The notes: generated by a model from the letters alone, not told the origin. A DNA stretch of 64,000 nucleotides from an uncultured Bacteroidota bacterium (GCA_903851365.1 CAINOB010000123.1:12573-76572); one strand, 5' to 3'; shown: positions 29,801-39,341, counted from the first letter of the stretch. Program-made: numbers and translations.

Positions 29801-32800
29801 AATTCCTCATTATATGCACTGGCGATATCATGTGGGTCATTGCCATATTCTGACTGCCACCTACGATTATCGTTCGCTCCTGGCGGTGGGGGAGGAGTTT
29901 CTTCAGGTTTTGAATTTACATCAGGTTTCCCGAATATTGCCTCACCGGCAGACTTTGGTTTTTGGACGGAATTTGTCTTGACAGTTTTTGTCTTGTCATT
30001 TTTTGGCAACTCAGGATAAACAATATCCACTCCATCAGGTTCCCCAAAGAGTATATCATTAAGCAAGTTTTTATCTGCTTGTGGAATATCACCCTTGGCA
30101 TTCAGGCTAATCTGATCAACCAATTGAGTTTTATGATCATCCCCGGCAACCTCCGCCTTGGCATTATTGATTAACCACCTGTTCCATTCCTTGGTCTGTT
30201 TATTGGCAGTACGGGAACTCGTGGCTTTATCAGTAGGAATAGGTGAAAGGTTACGGCCCGACTTACTAACTGGATTGGATGCGTCAAGTTTGAAGGGTTC
30301 CAACTGTTCGGATTTTCCGATTGGTTGTACCTTTTCGGGTACGTTATTCTTTAACTTCTGTATCTGGGCCTGAATTACCTTGATTGATCCACTATCTTGC
30401 GCAACTCCTTTAGCAATGAGATCCTTTATGAGTTGCTCCTTTTTTGAAATCTCCAACTCAGGAGAAGTGACAACCGGGGCAACCGTCTCCGTTTTAACTA
30501 CCGTTGCTTCCGGTTTAGTTTGCTCAATTACGGGTGGGATTACTTCTGGCGCTGCCTGTATTGGTGCGGATTCCAGCGGTTTTTTCGGATCAATAATAAG
30601 TTTATCGGAAATCTTTTCTTCTGTATTCCCCGCTACCATTGGGGCGCTCACTGATATTTGGTCAACATTTGGCTCCTTAAGATTCTCAGTGATCGGTGCC
30701 TCAACTGTAGGTTTGATGGTAGATTTCCCAATGATCACAAATTTTGCCTCTGCATCCGGATCCGTCTTGTCGATTTGGTTCTCAATCCTCCAGGTCCTTT
30801 GGGGATATTTGCTCTTTAATGCGTTTAAAGTTGTTTTGGGTTCGGAATTAAAAACCTTGTTTATCTGTACTTCTTCATTGGAAATAGGCACAGATGGAAG
30901 CGAAACGGTCTTTTGTCCCTTGGCCGGGAGGTTGTAAATCGTTCCCGTAGACTCAACCGGAGTTCCCTTACCAACTTCTTCTGGTATAACTCCCGGCGCC
31001 ACTACCTTGTCGGTTTTTTTCTGTTGTATCTCGGCTGCCTTCTGCTCTGCCTGTGCCTGTTCAGGAGGAATCAACTCGTCTGGTTTAACGAACGCCACCA
31101 AATCTTGTCCGTCCTGTTGATATCTGACTTTCAATTCACCGGTTACCGGATTGGTCTGATCAACTGTTATATCCTGTTTATCTCCGTTCTGGTCGGTCCA
31201 TATCCCCTTGCTTCCGGTATCAAATTGCTGATCACCTTGGGTTGGGGGTTGCAAGGCACCCGTTTGAATACCTTTATTAATTTGCTCGTAACCAATCCTC
31301 TGATATTGAGTCTGTCTTAACTCATCGGCAAACTGTCCGGCTGGTTTAACTTCGCTTCCTGTCAAGGTTTTGGAACTCACCTGCCATTTCTTGCCGGCTC
31401 CATCTACTACGGTTACCACCTGGTCAACGGAAGGATCCCCTCCGATCACCATTACGTCCTGTTTGGAATCGCCTTCTCCGACTGTGGCTTTAATTACACT
31501 TCCATCCGGACGGGTAACGATTCCCATGATCTGATCGATGTTCTTATCTGCCCTTTGTTTATAGAAGTCGGTCTCCAAATTGAGTGCGGCTTCCTTATTT
31601 TTAGGTGCCTCTTTAGCTATTTGATTGAATAAATCCAATGGAACGGTGACTTTTGTGGTTACCACTTCAGGGGCAACCCTCATCTTTTGACTATCACCAG
31701 TATATCCGACATAATTTCCGTCGTTGTCCTTGCCGATAATCTCAAATGGTTCATTCGTGTTCCCGTTGATCCCAATCGTAACCCCACCATTAGACTTTCT
31801 TGAGTCCATCTGTTGACGGGTAACAGCCAAAGTCTTCAATGGACCAGTAAAAGCCATTGTCAAGGCTCCCATACCATAGGATTCACCCACTTTCTTAATT
31901 GCTTCAAGGAACCCAGTCTTATCCTTGTCCTTTTTGAAACTGTTTTCGAGAGCAATATCCAATCCGGTGATTGAACCCATGATGTTTCCACCGGTAATGG
32001 CGTTGGAGGCCACATCCTTTATGATCCGTTGGGCTATTTCTGGGTTTTGTTCAGCAAATTCCACCAATACTTTTCGAGCTCCATTCTCAAAACCACCTTT
32101 TAACAGGGTTTCTGAAACAGTTTTGGTCATCAATTGTTCGGGAACAAGTTTGCCTAATCCGATCATAGAGGGGATGGCCATTGTCAGGCCACCGGCAAGC
32201 ATATAAAGATCCCTCGTCTTTGCGTCAACGGGTTGCCTGGTTTGTTTCATGTAGTCCTCGTAGGCCGTTCCCATCGATCCCGCACCCTCAAGTCCGTAAG
32301 CGATTCCTGTTGCAGCACTGATCAACGGTGCAGCAGGTGGAAGAGCTACACTTGCGGCCACCGAGGCAAAGAACGGGATGGCTCCCCCGAGTACCTGTCC
32401 GGCATCCCACCAGAAACCATCTTTACCTTTCGCCATTGCGGCAGCGGAAGTGATATTATGTATCCCATCATCCAGAACAGATTCCCCAAAAGTCTTCGTA
32501 GTTGCTGCATCTGCAATGGCATGAACAGTTTCCTGATTGGTTTTAGCCTTTAATTGTATGCCGGGGATAGGTAAGATACTTCCACCAGGAGTAATAATCT
32601 TGGCCTCAGATTCGGTCTGAAGTGCTTTGTATTGGTCGAGTTTTCCAGTTGCTTCCTTTATCTTTTTCTGGTAATCCTGGTATTCACCCATCTTGCCCCA
32701 CTGTTGAAGGGCATTTTGTTTCTGATCATCAAATGTTTTTTTAACATCCGTATCCAACATGTCGAACCCCGGAGCCAACTTAGCCATATCATACGGTCGG

Positions 32801-33249
32801 GTGACATCATTTAATTCGTTCTGTAACTTCTTTCCATATTCATTTAAGACATCAACCTGTGTTTGATAGTCCTGTGCTGATTTGCCAAAATCATTGTTGA
32901 CATCTATCTTCTTATGCTGAATATCAGTGGCCAATTGGTTGATCTTCTGTTTTCCTGTAACATCAACCATCACCTGACCCACACCCTTCTCAATATTCCC
33001 CAACTGCCCCTGTAGGTTATTCGCTATGGATCCGAAGAATGAACCCTTGGATTCAACTGGACCGGGAACAACTTTTGGTTCAACAACGGGTTCTGTTATC
33101 TCGGGTTGTGCGATTTCTGGGGGGGTATAGACGAATCCCGTATTCTTGGTGGCAGGTATATCGGGGGTACCCGTAACGGGAGTAAACCCATACTTTTTAA
33201 GCAGGTCCTCTTCCGGATTAGTGACTACCTGAACATCGGGTTCTGTCAT
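23830..33249 (-). CDS. Large polyvalent internal-virion/ejection protein (LPD5-, LPD1-, LPD23-like and two HExxH MPTase modules)
   Basis: 3139 aa. DFGEKIEGAKKD; FGFRG.QFGNW..AHEWWHALD; ARSFENYV..YPYP..INEAFDTFF; ETG..RG.DGRWR; LHELQHFIQDIEGF..GEVEA. Confidence 0.85.
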   Translation of the reverse strand: MTEPDVQVVTNPEEDLLKKYGFTPVTGTPDIPATKNTGFVYTPPEIAQPEITEPVVEPKVVPGPVESKGSFFGSIANNLQGQLGNIEKGVGQVMVDVTGKQKINQLATDIQHKKIDVNNDFGKSAQDYQTQVDVLNEYGKKLQNELNDVTRPYDMAKLAPGFDMLDTDVKKTFDDQKQNALQQWGKMGEYQDYQKKIKEATGKLDQYKALQTESEAKIITPGGSILPIPGIQLKAKTNQETVHAIADAATTKTFGESVLDDGIHNITSAAAMAKGKDGFWWDAGQVLGGAIPFFASVAASVALPPAAPLISAATGIAYGLEGAGSMGTAYEDYMKQTRQPVDAKTRDLYMLAGGLTMAIPSMIGLGKLVPEQLMTKTVSETLLKGGFENGARKVLVEFAEQNPEIAQRIIKDVASNAITGGNIMGSITGLDIALENSFKKDKDKTGFLEAIKKVGESYGMGALTMAFTGPLKTLAVTRQQMDSRKSNGGVTIGINGNTNEPFEIIGKDNDGNYVGYTGDSQKMRVAPEVVTTKVTVPLDLFNQIAKEAPKNKEAALNLETDFYKQRADKNIDQIMGIVTRPDGSVIKATVGEGDSKQDVMVIGGDPSVDQVVTVVDGAGKKWQVSSKTLTGSEVKPAGQFADELRQTQYQRIGYEQINKGIQTGALQPPTQGDQQFDTGSKGIWTDQNGDKQDITVDQTNPVTGELKVRYQQDGQDLVAFVKPDELIPPEQAQAEQKAAEIQQKKTDKVVAPGVIPEEVGKGTPVESTGTIYNLPAKGQKTVSLPSVPISNEEVQINKVFNSEPKTTLNALKSKYPQRTWRIENQIDKTDPDAEAKFVIIGKSTIKPTVEAPITENLKEPNVDQISVSAPMVAGNTEEKISDKLIIDPKKPLESAPIQAAPEVIPPVIEQTKPEATVVKTETVAPVVTSPELEISKKEQLIKDLIAKGVAQDSGSIKVIQAQIQKLKNNVPEKVQPIGKSEQLEPFKLDASNPVSKSGRNLSPIPTDKATSSRTANKQTKEWNRWLINNAKAEVAGDDHKTQLVDQISLNAKGDIPQADKNLLNDILFGEPDGVDIVYPELPKNDKTKTVKTNSVQKPKSAGEAIFGKPDVNSKPEETPPPPPGANDNRRWQSEYGNDPHDIASAYNEELLNIPETNLPEWQKDLLKSKVSARSFARFGDNNQIGRNIAINWIDAKNDRENDIDGIAQELSDIHGTEVTPQMIVDFILDHPNKSIRKTTDLQNALAKRYKQVTGSDIKQHKFVSENLDNEENQAFPSIDQKHAEIINENGINTITDLKALKEDLFTGFPYEDKDYERIKAYLEARDSNAPKDESHGKDLGISEEVPGVGEKSGSQGKREVPGEINPVVPTEDTQPSERDLAIQKIDSEIADKKNQLANIRTAREKKSAELSNRNGLFGDTKPVGAVLFDTEFNASRENVKKALADYDGQIRVLEEDIKRLESGKERAADEAAGQMKMEQPVKPEEATPVKPKFAGDVLNIPDKPGEKITDFGEKIEGAKKDTYKRLQKVTENDLISQPLSKSFPRPDFVKMVNDGTLTEDGAMILKFFYDVIPPKPRSTHKVKRWVGTVQHGIDVFKELLENKENGKRLIDKIKEVKSSDLANQLSWFEEVQKALGFPKEDINLGSFEIKKFHMKDGERVSIVKGHTIISDHKTVQEAADRLQSIIANNKDKSQGVKLSVYQDRNTKKFFIGKKTATGVNRLVENIESSKEAFQFLKDQDAQLQELWNSKKVAINERRDTNRDRVGADYRKGKDVTPEVFSDTFGFRGTQFGNWVDNAERQTSLNDAYDALMDLSNAIGIPSKAISLGGELGIAFGARGSGKFSAHYEPDKIVINLTKTRGAGSLAHEWWHALDNYFSRKRGEKLNMLTEKPRQKVVMKDGVVVPDERIRTEMVDAFKGVMDAINKSGLPGRGKILDSSRSDVYWTKPTELSARSFENYVIEKLGRTGEQNDYLANFKAWTEWMGESGLNMESYPYPFKEETPAINEAFDTFFNTIETKEEGDNVKMFRFSGPVGHGKVPELTDREVKAEEVEKKTDPKIGYWKDLSIPENHDTALKIYKETGMQRGIDGRWRSDRNDKSFKLNTDAWDYVLKDPIPSEEYVTYKLVDLIDNNWDGFNEYNELRQAEVYIHNGADEGEQCSYYDGKIYVNQTFAKGENAEGLSQKSNLYPVLRIGLLHELQHFIQDIEGFESGANYNSIPELALSRFKDLSTQEIIDNLDRFSPNWRKYHPDLDKGISENNPEVIEKGRKIIAYFHSSGEVEAYNTEVRDRMTDEERGKTLISDTEIVPRNQQWSSKENESKAYKFAGDKIGFNDKISHVPGVTESTEFYDKFRESLLNTLIPYTRGGGGKMASQVMRENLGHQARTMDLMAARLKEAKIEFDKMTKDESLTFIDNMERGIPQDNIDLQNYSDALREGLDTSREKVRELGTGKLDSYIENYFPHAWEDPKKAGQVLFSGKRPLEGSKAFLKQRTVPTTKEGVDKGLIPITWNPVEAALSKIREMEQYVMAHRTINELKEAGYVKYVRVGKDRPEGFVKIDDKVSTVQIKTDDGLQIVGHYYAQENAATILNNFLSKGLRGNQLYDIYRGLGNTITQVQLGLSAFHLGFTSMDASISKFALGLEYMYQGKIGSALKHFAITPAAPVTNFIQGDKLMKAWYGNPATPELQLIAEYMELAGGRAQMDDFYAQKFGDKLHDHIKNRRYIRAAWQFPLKLIELTSKPILGYIVPRQKLGVFMDMARYEMEVHPDATIEERRAALQYAWNSVDNRMGQLVYDNLFWNKVFKDVAMASVRSVGWNLGTIREVGGAPKELFGVLKDTMSGKRSENTHKIAYVISLFGITMLYNALLQFIRTGKGPDEFKDYFFPKTGRITSSGDWERSSLPTYVKDLYHYGTNFIGTIKNKLSPVNSIVVQMKNNKDFYGVKIFNEDDPFYQKGLEVIKYLGTQLIPFGIRNAQKSVGKSTLDKILPFVGITPAPYDLNMSRAEKRAYEMMARKLPVGGRTTEQKERSDHKRELAIELRATGGNFGRINQELRTHVISKEEHDDLKENYMLTGLQSTVKHFSYDEAWHIYKMAMPDERKQLYNIVKTKMENKRKDKSLSTAERDDVNAMYNELKNSR

Positions 33250-33253
33250 GGTA

Positions 33254-34531
33254 TTAACGGTAACTGATTTGAGCCTTCTGAAGTAATGCCTGTTGCTGTT
33301 CCTTGGTCAATGCCTTGAAAGCAGGGTCATTCTGTAATTGAATCAAACGATTGTCCTGTTTACTTTGAGTAGTGGTAGTAGATGGAGGAGTGATTAAGGG
33401 TGCGGCTTGGGTACTAGAAGTCTGCTGTGCCTTCAAATTATCCCCATGGAGATACTTGAAATATTTATTTACAGCGGTCTTCCTTCCATCCGTTGTTGTT
33501 AGATCGGCATTTTCTAATCCCTTATATCGTTCATCCAATGTCTTATACTGACCCGTTGGCTTTCCTTTTTTATCCAGAATTGGTTCCTGGTTCTTATCTT
33601 GAATGTTTTGCAGAAGATCTACAGTGGTAAGAAAATCACCCTCGTTTAAATTGTAATCTTGTCCTTTTGAATCTTTTGGAGTAAAATAGGCCTGTTTGGA
33701 AGATGGTTTCTCAGCGTTGACTTCCTTCTGCTTATCACCTCGTTGATCAATCAGGCCGCTCTGAATATTTCCCTGCTGGTCAATTTGTCCGCTCCGTATC
33801 GCTCCAGCTAATCTTGCCAGGTTCTCTTTGTCTGGTAAGGTTTCGTCCCAGAACTGAGATTTGTTTTGGGATTTCAGTTTCTCTAATTCAAGAGCCTGAT
33901 CTTTGGATAACTGCCTTTGGGTCTCCAGATATAACATTCTGTCCTTAGAATTCTCCTGGCGCGTTAACTCATTCTGTTTCCATTGTGCCTGACGATCTTT
34001 ATCGGATTCATCACTCTGCATCTTCCACCGGTTCATCCACTCTTCATTTCCCCGGTTATATTGGTAATCCTGTAACATGAGTTGCAGTTGTTCGGCATTG
34101 GCCCTTTGCTCCTGGTTCATCTGTTGGTTCCAGAGTTCATCCATCCTTGCGATGTCAAGTTGGGACGTTCCTTTAACAGGTGATATCGGGGCACCCTTTG
34201 AAGCTCCATAAGCGGAGAATAAAGATTTAACCACATTCCCAAGTCCATTAACCATTCCCTGAGCAGCTACTCTCCGCTGCTGACGGGCGAGTTCATCCTG
34301 AGTTTTTGCCTGATTGTCATGGACTAAACCCAAAAAAGGATTTGTACTCCACTGTTTAGGTTGAGGGGTCACGTCTACCGTCGAAGATACCATTCCTGAT
34401 TTCACATTGGGATTCATGCGATTGCGAAAATCCGTCGCCGGATCAATCAGGTTGAAAGGTTTCGGTCCGGGCATCTTGCTGAAAAGGGCTAATGCCTTCG
34501 CGTAGTCGGTGGTGGGATCCTGTGTGCTCAT
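33254..34531 (-). CDS. Putative ejection (DNA injection) protein
   Basis: Likely start MSTQDP; Gln-rich coiled-coil protein between ejection genes. Confidence 0.65.
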   Translation of the reverse strand: MSTQDPTTDYAKALALFSKMPGPKPFNLIDPATDFRNRMNPNVKSGMVSSTVDVTPQPKQWSTNPFLGLVHDNQAKTQDELARQQRRVAAQGMVNGLGNVVKSLFSAYGASKGAPISPVKGTSQLDIARMDELWNQQMNQEQRANAEQLQLMLQDYQYNRGNEEWMNRWKMQSDESDKDRQAQWKQNELTRQENSKDRMLYLETQRQLSKDQALELEKLKSQNKSQFWDETLPDKENLARLAGAIRSGQIDQQGNIQSGLIDQRGDKQKEVNAEKPSSKQAYFTPKDSKGQDYNLNEGDFLTTVDLLQNIQDKNQEPILDKKGKPTGQYKTLDERYKGLENADLTTTDGRKTAVNKYFKYLHGDNLKAQQTSSTQAAPLITPPSTTTTQSKQDNRLIQLQNDPAFKALTKEQQQALLQKAQISYR

Positions 34532-34541
34532 ATTGTAAGTA

Positions 34542-35198
34542 TTAACTACCTGACCAATCGCCAGCAGGATTTGTATAAGTGAACCCACCGCCTCCGCCAC
34601 CGCCTCCGATACCACCACCAGCAAACTTGGCTAATGAACCTAAGCCACTGATAGCACTATTAGCTAGCTCAAAAGGGGCTTGGATCATATTCTCCGCAGC
34701 TGTGGAATAGTTCTGAGCCCTTCCCATTTGCTGGTTCATTTTAGCCTGCAACCATTGAGCAAGTCTGGTTTGGTAACTCTGAGTAAGTTGATCCTGACGA
34801 TCGGTACCGTAACCCACCAATTTGTTGACAGCATCCCCATATTGCTGAGTTGCAACTTTCCTCCCGGATAATTGATTTTCAAAAGTGGCTCCACCGGTGA
34901 CGGCGTTATTATTCTGGCCGATCAGGGTTTCCGAGAGAGTTCTTTTGAGTTGCTCTAGGGCACTGGAAACGGCTTCGGTCTGAAGGAAGGAGGTACCGGA
35001 TTCCTTTTTATACCAACTTCCCAAGTCGGAGATCTGGTTGTTTACGGTATCCTCTGCCTTTTGATTCCACTCCCCAGCTTTATCATACTGTTTCTTAATC
35101 CCTTGCCCGTAAAATCCGGCAATTCCTCCAAGGGGACCGCCTAAAATACCACCCAATAGTGGTAAGTTATTCATTAACCATGAAGATTGATCTGCCAT
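34542..35198 (-). CDS. Putative ejection/pilot protein
   Basis: Gly-rich hydrophobic ends (LGGILGGPLGGIAG), helical core; P22 gp7-like layout. Confidence 0.65.
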   Translation of the reverse strand: MADQSSWLMNNLPLLGGILGGPLGGIAGFYGQGIKKQYDKAGEWNQKAEDTVNNQISDLGSWYKKESGTSFLQTEAVSSALEQLKRTLSETLIGQNNNAVTGGATFENQLSGRKVATQQYGDAVNKLVGYGTDRQDQLTQSYQTRLAQWLQAKMNQQMGRAQNYSTAAENMIQAPFELANSAISGLGSLAKFAGGGIGGGGGGGGFTYTNPAGDWSGS

Positions 35199-35333
35199 GA
35201 CAATTGTTGATTAATCGGGTGAAAAGTACATTCCGGAACAGATAAACGAATGTCTAATTGTAGCGAGGTTCATCGTAATACTCACTAAGATAGAAGTACT
35301 CCACTTTACCTTTACCCGGACTAATATTTCGTT

Positions 35334-35867
35334 ATGCCTAAATTGTATTTGAGTGAGGAAGAGAAGAAAGAGGCGGTTCTCTATATGTGGGGATACGGGT
35401 TATCCGTTGCCAAAACAAAGTATAACGTCAGTTGCCAGGCGTTATACAACTGGCGGGACGAATTAATTAAAAAGGGTGTACTTGAGCACATCAGCGCCGA
35501 AGAAGCAGCTGCAAAATTGGAGGTTCGTTTCGGTGCCCAGACAGCACCCATGCTGGTTGCCGAGTTGGAGGAATCCGACCATTCCCCATTGGAGTATCTG
35601 AAAGAAAGCCTGAAGACCCGGATGGAGGTTCTGAGAACTATCAACCGGTTACTACCTAAGGCAAAGAGTCTCCGCGATGTAAACGATTGTCTGAGGGCCC
35701 TGAATGAAGGTATCGAAAGTCACTCGGTAACCAATCCGCTGGCCCAACTTCCGGATAAGAAATCAATGTGGTCAGCGACGGAACTCATCCTGAAGCACAG
35801 AAGAGAATTAGAAGAGGCAAAAACAAATCAAAAAGCTATTGACATTACACACGAAGAAGTAAAATGA
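35334..35867 (+). CDS. HTH protein, candidate terminase small subunit
   Basis: N-terminal HTH (AKTKYNVSCQALYNW), helical middle, IDITHEEV tail. Confidence 0.5.
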   Translation: MPKLYLSEEEKKEAVLYMWGYGLSVAKTKYNVSCQALYNWRDELIKKGVLEHISAEEAAAKLEVRFGAQTAPMLVAELEESDHSPLEYLKESLKTRMEVLRTINRLLPKAKSLRDVNDCLRALNEGIESHSVTNPLAQLPDKKSMWSATELILKHRRELEEAKTNQKAIDITHEEVK

Positions 35868-38635
35868 AAAACTTAAAAGCTATCGAGTTAAAGGGAATCG
35901 ACCGTAGTGGGGGACGATTCACTGATATGGGTATTCTGCAGGAATCCATGAACGTGGCTAAACGTAAATCCGCTTTATATGAGGTCATCGGTAAGAAAGA
36001 AGTTAAAGCAGAATATGTCTTTGACCTGGAATCCTATGACTTCCTTTACCGGTTCCCGGCTCTTAACGATTTGATCGGGGCCCTGGATTCGGAGCACAAA
36101 GTTTATCGCATTACACCAACCGAAGAAACGGAGATCCTAACTTACGTGGGCAACATTCAATTAATCACCCACCTGGGAAATATTCTGATTGTTCATACGG
36201 ACCTGAATGGTTATAATGTTAAGTACGATCCTGACGCTGATACCTTCACGGAATTATCTTCCCTTCCTGTCCCTCAGTTTTTTTGCCGGCCGGATCTCAA
36301 TCGAAGATTGGAGAATGGAGAAACCGATCAAAAAGCTGTATTCAAAGATGCAATGGCTGAATTAACCTATAAATTATCAGGATATCGTAAAGATGGATAT
36401 ATGGAAGGTCATGTGCTATGCGTCATGGCGTGGAGGTTGTATGACAATACGTACATTAAACACTCCCAGGTAATGCATCTCCGTCTGGGGACCAATGATT
36501 TGTATATTGACGGTACCTCGACGGCATTACCGGTTATTACCGGGTACCAATTCAAGGAGCTGACTGTAGATAAGATAGCGGGTCAGTACTTCTTCAATAC
36601 CACTGATAAGGCGTTATTGAATGAATGGACCGGAATAGCAGTCAGTTTGTGTCTCTTTATTTCCCAACCGATATCGGAATTCGTATTTGATGAAGATAAA
36701 TCGAATTATGAATTCACCGCGGGAGGCAGTGGGGCAACGGCACCCATGATAATCAACAAGGATATTAAAAACTTGGATCGTTCCGTTACGGAGTTTTATA
36801 AGATTCATGAAATTGCTTTGGCTGATATCATTAAAGGGGGCGAAACTGAACTGTTTTACCCTGATGCCGGTCCAATCGATATTCTCGCAACAAAACCGCT
36901 CTTGCCTATTGATGAATCCTCCCATCACCTGTTTACCGCGCATAATTCCTACCTATATAATTCCCGTCTCCATCACTGTAATCTGAACACACACTTGAAC
37001 CTGGGGCTCAACATGAACGCATACGCTTTGGAGGATTCCGGAGGTTCAACAGGGCCAACTTACGATTATGCTGTCAATGCCTGGGGATTTGTGGGTTATA
37101 CCCCATTAGCTCCCGCTGATGTATGGACTTTGACTCAGGTAGTATTTCTAAGAACCACCGAAGGTGAGCGCGTTGTGGTGAATAGTTTTAAGCAGATCGA
37201 TGGAGACGTCACTGTGTGGGAACATGATTCTCTTCCGGACACTATTTTGTTAAATGTTGTCCTTTCCTACCCGGATCTCCGAGCTTATAAAATGAAGTTT
37301 TATTTATACAATCAATCTACTGGCAAATATTACTCGGTTCTATGTATGGATGGGGATTTTTACAGTTTGACACCAAGTTCATTTCACAATTACTCGTCTT
37401 ACATGAACTGGAATGTTATAAACAACAGACCTCAACCCAGGGAGATTGATCTATCCAATCCGGGGACGGAGATATCGGATGTGCAGTATTTGGCAGCTAC
37501 CCAAGGATTATCCAACAGAATCGTGATTGATACGAACCGGATTCAGGTTACCGGGCTCAATAACCCCTTTACGTTTCCTTCTGCGAATTCTTACCGGGTT
37601 GGAGCGCATGGAAACATAGTCTTAAAGACTTGTGCCATGGGAGAGGCGATTTCCGCGGGGCAATTTGGGCAATTTCCACTCTATGTTTTCAGTTCCCAGG
37701 GAGTCTATGCTTTGCAGGTGGGAAGTGGAGAGGTTCTATATGCCTCTATTTTGCCTTTAAATTCCGATGTGGTATCTAATATCAATTCCATTATTAATGT
37801 CGGCGCGGGGGTGGTTTACGCGACCACCAGGGGGTTATTCCTTATCAGTGGAAGTCAGGTGGTGGAACTTTCCAGCGCGGTGGAGGGGAAACTCGATAAT
37901 CCGATACTTACGAATAACGAGTACCTCGGGTACCTGAACACAGATTGCCTGGTTACCTTAAGTGGATATCTCTCAAGCGTTCCCTTTATCGATTACCTGG
38001 CGGATGCTATAATCGGATTCGACCGGAAGAACCGGGAGTTGATCGTATCAAAAAAAGAGCTTAGCAATCTGAGCGATTGGCAGGGTTCAGGGTCCGGATC
38101 TGGCGAAAGAGACTGGCCGGGAAAGGGTGTGGGGATCCCGATGCTCGATGATGCCACCCGGGCCGGATACAGTTATGTCTATTCTTTCTTAAGTAAAGAG
38201 TGGTCCAAGATCACCCAGCGGTGGTATTGTTTTCTGGATAGTTATCCCGATATCCTTGGTGTGGTTGGGAATTGCATGTACAATCTATGTGAAGAATCTA
38301 CGGAGCCGAACCAATACATGATACAGACCCGTCCAATCACCCTGGCGCAACACACTTTTAAGAAGATTTGCTCGGCCAACCTGTATGGACACTTCGAGCC
38401 GGAGAAAAACACATTGCATTCCTTTTATGTCTTCGGTAGTCAGGACGGACAAAAGTGGTATCCTCTGCAGGGACAACAGCAACCATTCCTTCCACATGAG
38501 TTCGTGACTATCCAGCGGGCGGATGGATGGTGCAAGTATTTTATATTTCTGGCTGCCGGCCAACTTTCCCTGGATTCTATTCTGGAACACATCGAGGTTG
38601 AATTCGACGAACGGTATAAGAGTAAGTTGAGATAA
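35864..38635 (+). CDS. Tail nozzle / stabilisation protein (P22 gp10 / tubular B-like)
   Basis: 923-aa beta-rich protein; NPFTFP, S.GQFGQFPLYVFS..GVYAL, QTRPI.L, FKKI. Confidence 0.75.
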   Translation: MKNLKAIELKGIDRSGGRFTDMGILQESMNVAKRKSALYEVIGKKEVKAEYVFDLESYDFLYRFPALNDLIGALDSEHKVYRITPTEETEILTYVGNIQLITHLGNILIVHTDLNGYNVKYDPDADTFTELSSLPVPQFFCRPDLNRRLENGETDQKAVFKDAMAELTYKLSGYRKDGYMEGHVLCVMAWRLYDNTYIKHSQVMHLRLGTNDLYIDGTSTALPVITGYQFKELTVDKIAGQYFFNTTDKALLNEWTGIAVSLCLFISQPISEFVFDEDKSNYEFTAGGSGATAPMIINKDIKNLDRSVTEFYKIHEIALADIIKGGETELFYPDAGPIDILATKPLLPIDESSHHLFTAHNSYLYNSRLHHCNLNTHLNLGLNMNAYALEDSGGSTGPTYDYAVNAWGFVGYTPLAPADVWTLTQVVFLRTTEGERVVVNSFKQIDGDVTVWEHDSLPDTILLNVVLSYPDLRAYKMKFYLYNQSTGKYYSVLCMDGDFYSLTPSSFHNYSSYMNWNVINNRPQPREIDLSNPGTEISDVQYLAATQGLSNRIVIDTNRIQVTGLNNPFTFPSANSYRVGAHGNIVLKTCAMGEAISAGQFGQFPLYVFSSQGVYALQVGSGEVLYASILPLNSDVVSNINSIINVGAGVVYATTRGLFLISGSQVVELSSAVEGKLDNPILTNNEYLGYLNTDCLVTLSGYLSSVPFIDYLADAIIGFDRKNRELIVSKKELSNLSDWQGSGSGSGERDWPGKGVGIPMLDDATRAGYSYVYSFLSKEWSKITQRWYCFLDSYPDILGVVGNCMYNLCEESTEPNQYMIQTRPITLAQHTFKKICSANLYGHFEPEKNTLHSFYVFGSQDGQKWYPLQGQQQPFLPHEFVTIQRADGWCKYFIFLAAGQLSLDSILEHIEVEFDERYKSKLR

Positions 38636-38955
38636 TCTTATCTTCCATGCGGAGAAAAAGTTACGAAGGGGCGATAGAAGTATCGTCCTTTCTGCATTTT
38701 TATTCAATAATTTATACAGTATTTTGGTGTCGGTCTCGAAAATTACGGGGGATAGACCAATATTCATGTATAATGTAATGTATTATTTTACATTAATTGA
38801 ATGAATCTCGGGGGATAGATTTCCGTTAAGACCAGAGGGAGTGAGAATGTTAACCAACTGGCTAAATCCTTAATTGATTGATGTACTTTGTTTTACGAAT
38901 TAACTTGAATTTTCAAGTTTAATTGAACCCCTTTTTCACCCTTCAACTTCAAGAA

Positions 38956-38991
38956 TGTAACATTTGTTACAATATTGTAACGTTTGTTACA
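38956..38991. promoter_or_regulatory. Tandem palindromic sites TGTAAC-N4-GTTACA x2
   Basis: TGTAACATTTGTTACA-ATAT-TGTAACGTTTGTTACA in an AT-rich intergenic region. Confidence 0.6.
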
Positions 38992-39119
38992 AAAACAAAC
39001 CCCGGTGGTTGGCGAGGCTTAATGCTTTGATTATGTTGTATCCGGTCGGTTTCCTCCCCGGTTACGCCAGAGGGTTATAATTCCAAGGATTATCACAACG
39101 GTAACTGCAATCTGTGCCA

Positions 39120-39341
39120 TCATTTGTTTATCGCCATATTACCGGCTTTCATGGCTTCTTTGAGGGTGTCAAAAGAACCAATCCATATCGATAACCGAAT
39201 TCCTTTGGGTCCTTTAACTTTTCGGAGCTGCCATGTGGTTTCATCAAAATTCTTCCGGGGGCACATGATGATACAGTCTCCCTTCCTCCAACCAGCACCT
39301 TCCGGTAACCATCCGATCTTATATCTTCCGAATATTTTCAT
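39120..39341 (-). CDS. Hypothetical protein
   Basis: Coupled ORF at the end of the early operon. Confidence 0.55.
   Translation of the reverse strand: MKIFGRYKIGWLPEGAGWRKGDCIIMCPRKNFDETTWQLRKVKGPKGIRLSIWIGSFDTLKEAMKAGNMAINK

Noticed and set aside
24069-32814. Many + strand ORFs of 60-185 aa
   Set aside because: Antisense shadows of the 3139-aa gene; the same applies to most short overlapping ORFs in the track.
38285-38767. 160-aa minus-strand ORF
   Set aside because: Mostly antisense to the nozzle gene with no recognisable motif; only the first ~45 codons are free-standing.
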